A stretch of DNA of 64,000 bases from positions 47,978-111,977 of the forward strand of contig CAZNZT010000001.1 of NCBI GenBank assembly GCA_964577685.1. Direction: 5' to 3'. Made by a program: the position numbers and the translations under genes. Every line of letters starts with the position of its first letter. The first letter of the stretch is position 1. Source of the DNA: an uncultured Methanosarcinales archaeon (GTDB taxonomy: Archaea; Nanobdellota; Nanobdellia; Woesearchaeales; JACPBV01). This document shows positions 39,001-47,417 of the stretch, piece by piece. Under the pieces are notes generated by a model, which did not search any database, had not been told where the DNA came from, and saw nothing but the letters and a program-made list of their open reading frames with translations.

Positions 39001-41214
39001 AGTAGCAGGATTATTAATGTAACCATAGTAGACTCAATCGCAGGAATAGATAATGAGTCTATAATGGTTGATACATATATCTGGAATGGTTCGGCGTTTA
39101 TTAATCAAACGAGATACTTATTCCCTAATAATGTAAGTTGCACAAGCACAGCAATGAATAGTACAAGCACGACATGTACATTTAATGCCTCCAAATTACC
39201 TGATACTGCAAATAGTAGCATAAATATTAGCGTGTTTGTAAATGACTCTCTTGACAATCAAAAGGTATCATCAATAGTCTTTAACCTAGATACTGTAGTG
39301 CCAGTTATGAATTCTATTAGTTTATCTGATAGCTATATAAGTTCTGGACAAGCAATTACAGTTACTGTTAATAGTACAGATACCCCTGGTACAGGTATTA
39401 GTAGTGTAACTCTAACATACTCTGTTGATAGTGTCAATGATACTACTCTCACAAAGGGAACAGGGGATTTATGGTTGGATTCAATCCTCGTTACAGAATC
39501 AAGTGATGGAAGCTACAATATTAGTGCAACAAGTGTAGATTATGCAGGAAATAGCAATGCAATCTCTGCTATAATCAGGATAGACAATACAGCACCTACA
39601 ATATCTGGAGCCTACGCCGATAATAGCTTATTGAGTAATTCTCCGACAATTACTGATGCTGATGGAAATGTAACAATAAACTGGACAATTACAGATGTAA
39701 ACCTTTCGTCTACTAATTTGTCAATAGACTCAGGTGTTATAACCAACTCTTCAACTTCAGCTGTAAATTCGTTTACTACAAGCTTGTCTGCGGGAGAACA
39801 TAATGCCACTATAAGTGCTATTGATGAGGCAGGAAATAGTGTTACAACAACATATACATTCTATATGAATTCACAGGAGAATACCAGTGAAATACTAAGT
39901 AAAATACAAAACGCAATAGGCTCGGATACAGCATTAAGTTTATCTCTAAAAGAAAGTGATGGGACTGACTTATCAAGTAATTTAACATACCTAAATAAAA
40001 CATTAGTACTAGAGATACTCTTAAATGGAACAAATGGACAGAAGGCATGGGGTACAATAAGAGAATTCAGTGGTCTATATGCTAAATGGAATAACAGCGA
40101 TAAAATAAGAATAGAAAAGGATAGTTCATCAAGTATAGGAACAAGGATAACACAAAGAGCAGGAACAACTTTAGACAAGTTTATATTGTTTAGGAATGCA
40201 TCTTATTTCCTTGGTAGTAGCAGATTTTCCCAAGGTGCATCAATTATATTTAATCAGAGTTTACCATCTGGCTATGATGTATTGTATATAGAAGATGATG
40301 ATGGTGAAACAATCTATAAACTAAGTAGATGTACTACAGTCCCTACAACAATAACAACCGATAATATGTGCTATGTGAACACATCAAATAATGTAACACT
40401 GTATATACCTCATTTCTCTGGTGGGGGACTAGCGAATGACACAACAGCACCAATTATTAATATAACAGACCCAGTGAACAATACTATAAAGAACAACAGT
40501 TACTTTACACTTACATTTGATGTTTGGGAGGCAAATCCAAAAACAAACAATCAATTTTGTAGGTATAATCTTACAAACAGTACAAACAAGGAGATAGAAG
40601 TAGGTTATCTTACAACACCTACACCAACTGGAACAAAGTATACATTCACTAAGGCTATAAGTGGTCTAAAAAACGATACATACAATATAACTATAATTTG
40701 TGCTGACTTAAATAACCAAAGTAGAACAGTAGTTCATAATTTCACGGTCGCAGATTCAATAGCTCCAAGGATAACTTCCATAAGTACATCATCAAGTGGA
40801 ACAACAGAGGTAACAGTAACCTTATCTGTTACAACAGATGAAGCAGCAACATGTAGGTATAGCTCGGCTGATGTAGCATATTCTTCAATGAGTTTAATGT
40901 CAAGCACTGGAGGGACTTCCCATTCTTATAGTAATAAATTTTATTTAGATAGTTCAGGCAGGTATTATGTGAGATGCATGGATGAAATGGGAAATGCCAT
41001 GACAAGTTCAAACTCTACCTCATATAGCATATACATAACAGAAGAAACTACAACCAGTTCAGGCGGAGGTGGGGGAGGAATTGGATATAGGCTAGTAAAG
41101 AAAAAAACAACCGCCTTTGAGTTAATTGACATTATAAGAGAGTTCTATGAAGGGACTTCAAAACTTAGTGCTTTTGATATAATTGATAAGATAAGAGAAT
41201 TTTATGGAGGTTAA
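36064..41214 (+). CDS. Giant secreted surface (S-layer/adhesin-like) glycoprotein candidate with no TM anchor
   Basis: 1716 aa. Signal 'MEGCNLKSRIISILISMFLLIFVSNVLAQ'. Dozens of N-x-S/T sequons. Repeated Ig-like segments ('DTTAPTVTM', 'DNTAPTISG', 'DTTGPSITS', 'DSIAPRITS'). Ends with a Gly6 run followed by the tandem 'AFELIDIIREFYEG'/'AFDIIDKIREFYGG' repeat. Confidence 0.7.
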   Translation: MEGCNLKSRIISILISMFLLIFVSNVLAQSNIFDFYGYVKDANGNYVSGANVTLREELMGPGGTPLIFSTLSDANGFFNISSVNGSTLYLLSIVKYSNGVAQLVNKPLPPLPSDMYEFQLINQTFYLKDAATINITMYNESGDDVSFNGFVLDTKYNYPIAKFEDENNPVIRKEVVIPAGRFNYSVVVWKSGYAPPRSFNAIAYNTSRGDIVNVRENITTNMFYLTGYLKWPNGSNVTNVNFTDVASYFPISNFLPLDGEIKGFQKYVGSKGGYAWYNISVPGPNLDIFVMAFANDSEYYMGTARVTITGNKEENITIYPLAGSYDIATSTSVVNVNTSKTTINVFYDNGTQNVSAGETFFDILVNYNGTQIKFTAKTNLSGSAKIPLRNDTGATIEIFNDRFPPRKFTYSGAELESDINIILKGFDRMEDVEGNIIQDIKSEFFVSNSSCDVPNPPSDCLVFEISNASNPREGVKLLLLPGDVSVRLTQLSTNIVVHYKNTDLIASGPPDFEPSTRANNTGSGASLRDIWRFGSLGPEIYESLLVGVPYNSSRIDETYAPLPSILIGNLYDVQNNWVPIWNSTDDPNASNVPSAYSDFDSRWFNASYGGMPCTNDLDVFNSLSQGCYVDKTNDMIWLKIPHFSGLGITVQAYANLGNITSDRASYSCYPSCSAYINLTMNNSDLAGVQNISVNNTATVTGITYKIEYKNLSNGEWVYLGTANDNNSWIYDYDLVLYNSSNVDNTTHQFRINITLPSALSTKWNFSLVINGSIYTLDPWLDSINLTSPADGASVASGSNNFVFTLFSDSYPTQNCTLYVDGSAVASNASTVNGSATTLTASVTSSGSWYVSCNETGNSEVRTFIVDTTGPSITSLNYPGNNLKVGSSSINFNWTATDDIDTSFECNLTLDGLVNASSITVSNGTPANYTVNNINDGTHNWSVICEDGVGNTGSSQTYTFYIDTTAPTVTMNQPTDGMNTSSRIINVTIVDSIAGIDNESIMVDTYIWNGSAFINQTRYLFPNNVSCTSTAMNSTSTTCTFNASKLPDTANSSINISVFVNDSLDNQKVSSIVFNLDTVVPVMNSISLSDSYISSGQAITVTVNSTDTPGTGISSVTLTYSVDSVNDTTLTKGTGDLWLDSILVTESSDGSYNISATSVDYAGNSNAISAIIRIDNTAPTISGAYADNSLLSNSPTITDADGNVTINWTITDVNLSSTNLSIDSGVITNSSTSAVNSFTTSLSAGEHNATISAIDEAGNSVTTTYTFYMNSQENTSEILSKIQNAIGSDTALSLSLKESDGTDLSSNLTYLNKTLVLEILLNGTNGQKAWGTIREFSGLYAKWNNSDKIRIEKDSSSSIGTRITQRAGTTLDKFILFRNASYFLGSSRFSQGASIIFNQSLPSGYDVLYIEDDDGETIYKLSRCTTVPTTITTDNMCYVNTSNNVTLYIPHFSGGGLANDTTAPIINITDPVNNTIKNNSYFTLTFDVWEANPKTNNQFCRYNLTNSTNKEIEVGYLTTPTPTGTKYTFTKAISGLKNDTYNITIICADLNNQSRTVVHNFTVADSIAPRITSISTSSSGTTEVTVTLSVTTDEAATCRYSSADVAYSSMSLMSSTGGTSHSYSNKFYLDSSGRYYVRCMDEMGNAMTSSNSTSYSIYITEETTTSSGGGGGGIGYRLVKKKTTAFELIDIIREFYEGTSKLSAFDIIDKIREFYGG

Positions 41215-41869
41215 AATGAAAAAAAGCATAACTTATTTGGTGATGATATTACTAGCTATAAGCCTTGTTTCTGCAGTTTCAGTAACAAGAGTGTTACCAA
41301 AAAGAGCTAACCCAAATAGTGAATTGACAGTAAAACTAAAAATAACAAACGCTGATAGCACAGGCCTATTAACATTAGAAGAAGAATTGCCCAAGGGGAT
41401 TTCTATTAAGGATTGGAAAGTAATCGGTGCAAAGGAGCCAAAGGACAAAATTAATACGAGAGAGAAAGATAATAGGTTTGGTTGGTCATTCACGCCAAGT
41501 GGTTCATCTGCCACTGTTGAGTATAAGATAAAGTTAGGTAAGAGCGATGTAGATTTTGGTACGCTTATTTATTTTGATAAATCTGGATACGGAAAGGTTG
41601 ACCCTGAAAGCTTAAAGGTTGCTCCAATAACTTGTGGTGATGGTATTTGTGAAGGTAATGAAAACCCTGAAACCTGTGCAGCAGATTGTCCGAAGAAAGC
41701 CGAAACGCCAAAACCAGAAGAAACTCCTAAAGCAGAAGAAACGCCAAAAACACAAGTGAAAGAGGAGGAAGAAGAAGTTACAAAGATACCAACCATAGGA
41801 ATAGCAATCGCAGCTGTAGTGTTGGTGATAATAGTTATTTTGGTATATTTAGCAAAAAAGAAAAAATAA
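41204..41869 (+). CDS. Small secreted protein with Thr/Pro/Glu-rich stalk and C-terminal TM anchor; candidate membrane stalk for the giant protein
   Basis: 221 aa. The start overlaps the giant gene by 11 nt. Signal peptide. 'CGDGICEGNENPETCAADCP' Cys motif. 'ETPKPEETPKAEETPKTQ' repeats. C-terminal 'IGIAIAAVVLVIIVILVYLAKKKK'. Confidence 0.6.
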   Translation: MEVKMKKSITYLVMILLAISLVSAVSVTRVLPKRANPNSELTVKLKITNADSTGLLTLEEELPKGISIKDWKVIGAKEPKDKINTREKDNRFGWSFTPSGSSATVEYKIKLGKSDVDFGTLIYFDKSGYGKVDPESLKVAPITCGDGICEGNENPETCAADCPKKAETPKPEETPKAEETPKTQVKEEEEEVTKIPTIGIAIAAVVLVIIVILVYLAKKKK

Positions 41870-41898
41870 AGTTTTTTTATTTTAAAACTTTATTTATT

Positions 41899-42843
41899 TT
41901 AATTCTCTTTATCTATAGAAATAGCAGCATAGCCAACAGCGGAGCTATAGTCATTTATGATGTCTCCTGAGGTATAGTAGTTTAATAATCTTGATTTATT
42001 TGCACCTAAAATCTTTGATACTGCTATTGTGGTTGCTATTGGAACCCTCCCACAAATCGTAGCTCCTGTTTCAGTTATGTAATCAAGAAAACCATCTGCA
42101 TCTAGACTTTTTATCTTCTCTATTGCACCCTTATCAAGATTATACATATTTTCTTTTATATCTGAGTGAAATGGAAAGAAACCATAATTTATACCATAGT
42201 GGGTAAAATCGGAAGAGGCTATTATAATCGCTCTTTTTTTTGTCTCAATTATGGTCTTTGCTATTGATTCGGCTATTTTTTTATAGTTTCTATCTTCTGA
42301 AACAATTATAGGGGCTATCCTCATCTGTCTTAAGTAGTCTTTATTGACAAACTGAAGGAAAGGAAGTTGAACTTCTATTGAATGTTCTTGAGCATGAGCT
42401 TCCTCATTTTGCACCAATCCGGAGTTTTTCATCAAAAGCTGATTAAACTCTTTATCTACCTTTACCATACCAAACGGTGTTTCCCAGTCTTCTAAAGAAA
42501 CACAAGAAGGAAAACCGGAATGTGACAAGCCAATAAGAATATAAATATCTGCCAATTTGCTTTCTGCTATTTCTTTATATGCCCAAGCTGCACATGGCCC
42601 AGAGAACTGATATCCTGCATGCGGTGATATAATAGCAAGTATCTCTTTAGTTCTTTTTTTTATTGGCAATGCGCCGGGTCCAAGTCTTGAATGGAAACAA
42701 TCATTAATTTGGTTGCTTAGCTCATCAAAATCAGAAGAATAGAATATCCCGGCTACTGAAGGCTTTCTTGCCATATTAAAGTAATAATAGGGAAGGATAT
42801 AAAAATATTTATGTTTTTTACTTATTATGTTCCCTCCTGCCAA
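41899..42843 (-). CDS. Memo1-family protein (AmmeMemoRadiSam system protein B-like)
   Basis: 314 aa, 'ARKPSVAGIFYSSDFDELSNQINDCF...ISPHAGYQFSGPCAAWAYKEI'. Confidence 0.65.
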   Translation of the reverse strand: MAGGNIISKKHKYFYILPYYYFNMARKPSVAGIFYSSDFDELSNQINDCFHSRLGPGALPIKKRTKEILAIISPHAGYQFSGPCAAWAYKEIAESKLADIYILIGLSHSGFPSCVSLEDWETPFGMVKVDKEFNQLLMKNSGLVQNEEAHAQEHSIEVQLPFLQFVNKDYLRQMRIAPIIVSEDRNYKKIAESIAKTIIETKKRAIIIASSDFTHYGINYGFFPFHSDIKENMYNLDKGAIEKIKSLDADGFLDYITETGATICGRVPIATTIAVSKILGANKSRLLNYYTSGDIINDYSSAVGYAAISIDKEN

Positions 42844-44099
42844 GAAGTTAAATACTTTATCTGCTCTTTAGTCATCTCATCAATCTCTATACCCATGGCA
42901 TCTAATTGAAGTTTTGCTATTCTATTATCTATCTCATCTGGTAGTTTTATAACTTTCTTAGGTAGTTTGTCTTTGTTCTTAACAGCATATTCAGCAGCTA
43001 ATGCTTGTCCACAAAAGGACATCGCCATTATTGTTGATGGATGTCCTTCTGCTGCTGCTAGGTTAACGAGTCTGCCTTCGCTACAAAGATATATGTGCTT
43101 TCCATTTTTTAAAGTGTATCTCTCAAGAGAATCGCGTACCCTCTCCACTTTTTTTGTTATTTTTTTTAGGCTAAGAATATCTATCTCTATATCAAAGTGG
43201 CCAGCATTCGCTAAAATTGCTCCTTCTTTCATTTTATTGAAGTGTTCTTCCCTTATGACATGTTTATTACCAGTTACTGTTACGAAGATATCTCCTACTT
43301 TAGAAGCTTCTGATAGAGGCATAACTCTGAAGCCATCCATTACAGCCTGTAAAGCTTTAAATGGATCAACCTCAACTACAATAACTTCTGCATCCATACC
43401 TTTAGCTCTCTTTGCTACTCCTTTTCCACAGTTTCCATAACCACAGACAACAAACTTTCTTCCAGCAAGTAAGATACTTGTAGCTCTTAGTATTCCGTCT
43501 ATTGTACTTTGTCCTGTGCCTTTTATATTATCCATTAGATATTTTGTTTTTAAATCATTAACAGCAATAATAGGATACTTTAAAGAGCCCTCATTCTCCA
43601 TTGCCTTTAGCCTTATTATGCCGGTTGTTGTTTCTTCAGCGCCTGCTATTATATTTTGAATTAGTTCTGGATGCTTTGAATGGATTTCGCTAACTAAATC
43701 ACAACCATCATCTATTGTGTAGTTTGGTTTTGTGGCTATAACATTTTCCATAAACCTGTAGTAGTCTTCTCTTTTTTCACCCTTATAAGCCCATATTTTT
43801 ACTCCTTCTTCTGCTAAAGCAGCAGCAACATCATCTTGAGTGGAAAGTGGATTGCATGCACATATAGCTACTTCAGCTCCACCTGCAATTAAGGTTCTCA
43901 CAAGGACTGCCGTTTCTTTTGTAGGATGTAAAGCCATACCTACCCTTATCCCTTTTAACGGCTTTTCTTTTTTAAATCGTTCTCTTACCTTGAGTAATGC
44001 TCCCATCTGTGATTCTGCCCACTCAATATTTCTCCTTCCTTGCTCAGCTAGCCCTATATCTTTTATCTCATAGTTTTCTGATTTATCCATAACTATCAC
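42825..44099 (-). CDS. ahcY: Adenosylhomocysteinase
   Basis: 424 aa, 'YEIKDIGLAEQGRRNIEWAESQMGALL', NAD-binding 'VVCGYGNCGKGVA'. Confidence 0.85.
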   Translation of the reverse strand: MIVMDKSENYEIKDIGLAEQGRRNIEWAESQMGALLKVRERFKKEKPLKGIRVGMALHPTKETAVLVRTLIAGGAEVAICACNPLSTQDDVAAALAEEGVKIWAYKGEKREDYYRFMENVIATKPNYTIDDGCDLVSEIHSKHPELIQNIIAGAEETTTGIIRLKAMENEGSLKYPIIAVNDLKTKYLMDNIKGTGQSTIDGILRATSILLAGRKFVVCGYGNCGKGVAKRAKGMDAEVIVVEVDPFKALQAVMDGFRVMPLSEASKVGDIFVTVTGNKHVIREEHFNKMKEGAILANAGHFDIEIDILSLKKITKKVERVRDSLERYTLKNGKHIYLCSEGRLVNLAAAEGHPSTIMAMSFCGQALAAEYAVKNKDKLPKKVIKLPDEIDNRIAKLQLDAMGIEIDEMTKEQIKYLTSWQEGT

Positions 44100-44228
44100 C
44101 CATGTGACAGCTATTTTGTAATATTTATATATTTTTCTTATTTTTTTGTTTAAATTGTCTAATTTTTTTTTATTTTTTTAGACAAATAACGAAAAATTTA
44201 AATATTAGGTAGACAAATTTAAAAAGAA

Positions 44229-44654
44229 ATGGACCTTGATAGGAAGGATTTTGCTATTATCAGTGCATTAAAAGAAAACTCAAGGTTATCCATAAGAGAT
44301 ATTGCAAGAAAAACAGGATTGAGGCCTAGTACTGTTCATAAAAGAATACTAAGGCTGAGGGAAAGGGGGGTTATTGAGAAGTTTACGATAAAACTCAATA
44401 ATAGGGCGGTGGGTGAAGGATTTATTGTATTTGTCTTAATAAAAACAAAGCCAGCTGTAATGCTTGATAAGGTTGTAAGCAATAAACATGTGAAAGAATT
44501 TTTTGGTGTAACTGGAGAATATGATTTACTAATGAAACTGAAATTCAAGGATGTTGAGGAGTTTAATGATTTTATAATCAGGTTTAGGAAAGAACAGGCA
44601 ATTCAAACTACACATACAATGGTTGTTACTGCAAACATAAAAGAAGAAATTTGA
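44229..44654 (+). CDS. lrp: Lrp/AsnC-family transcriptional regulator
   Basis: 141 aa. HTH 'DFAIISALKENSRLSIRDIARKTGLRPSTVHKRILRL' followed by a RAM domain. Confidence 0.75.
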   Translation: MDLDRKDFAIISALKENSRLSIRDIARKTGLRPSTVHKRILRLRERGVIEKFTIKLNNRAVGEGFIVFVLIKTKPAVMLDKVVSNKHVKEFFGVTGEYDLLMKLKFKDVEEFNDFIIRFRKEQAIQTTHTMVVTANIKEEI

Positions 44655-44670
44655 ATCATATTTATTTTGG

Positions 44671-44755
44671 ACTGGGATATTGTTTTTAACACCCCCAACT
44701 TTTTTAAATTAAGGAGGAGTTCTCCAAATATCCCAGTTCTTTTTTTATTTTTTTC
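44671..44755 (+). terminator. Inverted repeat (actgggatat / atatcccagt, 47-nt loop) followed by a T-run, between convergent lrp and yggS
   Basis: Seen: arms at 44671-44680 and 44728-44737, then 'tctttttttatttttttc'. Archaeal termination at oligo-T is established. Confidence 0.35.
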
Positions 44756-45410
44756 TTGGGCCAAAAAGTTTTGTGCCTATCCTAACCATGTTTGCTCCTT
44801 CTTCTATTGCAACCTTATAAGAATCTGACATACCCATGGATAAAATATCCATATCCACATTTTCTATATTTAGATTTTTAATTTTGTCAAACAATTTTTT
44901 TGTGTTTCTAAAATAAAGCCTATAGTCCTCTGGATCCTCAAAATAAGGCGCCATTGTCATTAGCCCTTTTACCTTAATGTTATCCAAAAAAGATATGGAT
45001 TCTATTAGAGATTCTAATTCCTCTGGAATACACCCTGTTTTGGTTTCTTCTCTGGCAATATTTATTTCTACAAGAACAGGCATTACTTTACCAATAGTCC
45101 TGCACCTTTTATCAATCTCTTCAGCTACTTTTATTGAATCTACGGTCTGTATCATATCAAATATCTTAACAGCCTTCTTTACCTTATTCCTTTGCAAATG
45201 CCCAATACAATGAAATTTTACTTTTTCTTTGAGTACTTGAAATTTTTTTTCTGCCTCTTGTACATAGTTTTCCCCTATAATCTCGATACCAGCGTCTATT
45301 GCTTCCTTAATTTCCTCAATTGTCCGTGTTTTTGTTGCCGCAACTAGCGTTACATAAGTGGGCAATTCACTTTTTATTCTCATAACATTTTCTTTTATTG
45401 ACATTTTCAT
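44745..45410 (-). CDS. yggS: YggS-family PLP-binding protein (PLP homeostasis)
   Basis: 221 aa, 'VTLVAATKTRTIEEIKEAIDAGIEIIGENYVQE...HCIGHLQRNKVK'. Confidence 0.75.
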   Translation of the reverse strand: MKMSIKENVMRIKSELPTYVTLVAATKTRTIEEIKEAIDAGIEIIGENYVQEAEKKFQVLKEKVKFHCIGHLQRNKVKKAVKIFDMIQTVDSIKVAEEIDKRCRTIGKVMPVLVEINIAREETKTGCIPEELESLIESISFLDNIKVKGLMTMAPYFEDPEDYRLYFRNTKKLFDKIKNLNIENVDMDILSMGMSDSYKVAIEEGANMVRIGTKLFGPRKK

Positions 45411-45416
45411 AAGCTT

Positions 45417-45980
45417 TTATTTTGAAAGCAAAACATTTAGTTTACGAAATATTCTCTTTGCTGCATCTAATGGTTTTACTTCGTTTGAATTAATTATTAT
45501 CTCGCTGGATTTATTCTCTTCAAACGGAACATCAACTCCTATGACTTGTCCCAGACCATCAAATTTTTTCCTATGCATCTTCCTTTCAAGTGCTTTTTTG
45601 TAGATTCTAGCCATAACCAAGCTTTCTTTCCTATTAGTTTCTCTTTTGATACAGATATCTAAAGGACATTTTATATAAACTTCAATGAAATTATTTACTT
45701 TTTTTCTTACATAATCCCTATATAACTTCTTATGTGCTGTCGCATCAATTAATACATTATTGTTTTTTGATAACTCTATTGCATAATCTCCCAATTTTCT
45801 ATAAACAAAATCTCTCTCCTCTTCTGTATATTTTGGATTTGGCACTATTTTTTTTCTAAATTTGTCTAGTCTTAGATATTTTATTGATATTTTATTGTCC
45901 TTTAGTAGTTTTAATAGTTTCTTTGCAATTGTTGATTTGCCAGAACCAGGTAATCCTGTAATCCAAATTACAAAAGTCAT
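45417..45980 (-). CDS. Adenylylsulfate (APS) kinase-like P-loop kinase
   Basis: 187 aa, 'IWITGLPGSGKSTIAKKL...LRLDKFRKK...FIEVYIKCPLDICIKRE...GVDVPFEE' parallels APS-kinase blocks. Confidence 0.5.
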   Translation of the reverse strand: MTFVIWITGLPGSGKSTIAKKLLKLLKDNKISIKYLRLDKFRKKIVPNPKYTEEERDFVYRKLGDYAIELSKNNNVLIDATAHKKLYRDYVRKKVNNFIEVYIKCPLDICIKRETNRKESLVMARIYKKALERKMHRKKFDGLGQVIGVDVPFEENKSSEIIINSNEVKPLDAAKRIFRKLNVLLSK

Positions 45981-47053
45981 TTTAGATAATCATTTAACTT
46001 GTTAATGTTAAATTCTTTATCCTTAAGAATATTTTTTATGAATTTGAATATCTTCTTTCTTGTTTCATTGCTTTGATTTGGGTAGAACAGTGGGTGTGCT
46101 ACCACTACGCCCCTAAACGCAAAAAAGATTGGAGCAATGTGGCTAATAGCTTTATCATTTGTCTTTCTAAGATAATTATTCCAAAATAGATTAAATAGCT
46201 CTATAAAAATGCCTGAAAACCTATTGTTCTGCTGCAAGGCATACCAGAGATAGTTTATTGATAATGCTGTCAAATCATCCGTAGGATCCCCGAACTCTTC
46301 TCTAGAAGCATCTAGGACTGTAAATTTATCTTTGTAGAATAAGATATTTCCAGGATGGAAGTCTCCATGAATCCTACATAGCCTATAACTCATATGTTTT
46401 ATCTCCTCCCTAAGTTCCACAGCCCTTGTTATTATTTCAGTAATCTCTTTTATATTAGTCCATTTTAATCTTTCTGGATATGTATCTAAGACACCCATCA
46501 GCATCTCCCCACCACCAACACAATCCCTCAGATGCCTTCTATAGAGTGAATCCGCTATTTCTTTTTTACCTCTAAATTTATTTTTGTGTAAGTTCACAAG
46601 ATAATTCGATAACAAAAGTGCTTTTTTCCTATCTTCTTTGCTGAGTTTCCCTCTTTCTTTGATTTCATTTATATAGTCAAAGTATTCCCTTCCTTCTGCG
46701 ACCTCAACTATCTGGAAAAACTCTTCGCAATTGCCTAAAGAAACAAGAGAACCATGCTTAGTGTAGCCTCCAACATCTAGTGATTTTATGTGAAGCGGAA
46801 TCTTCTTGCTTAGCTCATGTTGCAGTATAAAGACTTTTGCTCTATCTGCTTTATAATCATGAGAAAAGCCCTCAGGTCTTATAGTTCTTAATATAACTTT
46901 TTTTTCCTTTTTACCCACAATATAAACAATGCTATAACCAGTTCCATGCCATCCGGAACCAAGCCTTTTATAAGTCTTAATTTTGATAGGTTTATTTTCT
47001 ATTTTTTCAAGATATTTCTGCATTATATGCCTTGGTATTTTTATTTCTTTCAC
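45977..47053 (-). CDS. Aminoglycoside/choline-kinase-type phosphotransferase (APH fold)
   Basis: 358 aa, 'RIHGDFHPGNILFYKDKFTVLDASREEFGDPTDDL' (HGD..N catalytic loop plus D). Its stop overlaps the upstream kinase start (ATGA). Confidence 0.5.
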   Translation of the reverse strand: MKEIKIPRHIMQKYLEKIENKPIKIKTYKRLGSGWHGTGYSIVYIVGKKEKKVILRTIRPEGFSHDYKADRAKVFILQHELSKKIPLHIKSLDVGGYTKHGSLVSLGNCEEFFQIVEVAEGREYFDYINEIKERGKLSKEDRKKALLLSNYLVNLHKNKFRGKKEIADSLYRRHLRDCVGGGEMLMGVLDTYPERLKWTNIKEITEIITRAVELREEIKHMSYRLCRIHGDFHPGNILFYKDKFTVLDASREEFGDPTDDLTALSINYLWYALQQNNRFSGIFIELFNLFWNNYLRKTNDKAISHIAPIFFAFRGVVVAHPLFYPNQSNETRKKIFKFIKNILKDKEFNINKLNDYLK

Positions 47054-47092
47054 AGGAAAAAGAAGCTAGAGATTATATATAAAACTTTTTGA

Positions 47093-47368
47093 TTACCTTA
47101 ATATGTCCTCTATTGGTTTTTTCTTAGGTTTTTCTTTTTCATTAACCTTTTTCTTTACTTCCTTTGCTGCTGCTTCTAGATCAACTCCTAATTGCTTCAA
47201 AGAAGCTATATGCATTTTCATTAGCTGTTCTACTATTTGAAGGATTTTCAACATCTCTTCTCTTTCCTTTGCAAGTGTTGAAAGGGCACCCTTGTGGAAC
47301 CCGATTTGTTCTTCCTTGCTTATGTTTTCATCAGTTTCTTTATTGTTTTTCTTTACCATAAAAATCAC
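47093..47368 (-). CDS. Small coiled-coil protein, unknown function
   Basis: 91-aa ORF on the same strand as, and upstream of, the DRG GTPase gene. Confidence 0.3.
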   Translation of the reverse strand: MIFMVKKNNKETDENISKEEQIGFHKGALSTLAKEREEMLKILQIVEQLMKMHIASLKQLGVDLEAAAKEVKKKVNEKEKPKKKPIEDILR

Positions 47369-47417
47369 CTTTATTACCCTAGTGGAGGGGCTATTTAAAT
47401 AATTATCTATATATTCT

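Noticed and set aside
44100-44228. AT-rich spacer upstream of lrp with oligo-T and oligo-A runs, considered as a possible ncRNA.
   Set aside because: It has no stable stem-loops or conserved motifs. It is most simply a bidirectional promoter region between the divergent ahcY and lrp genes.
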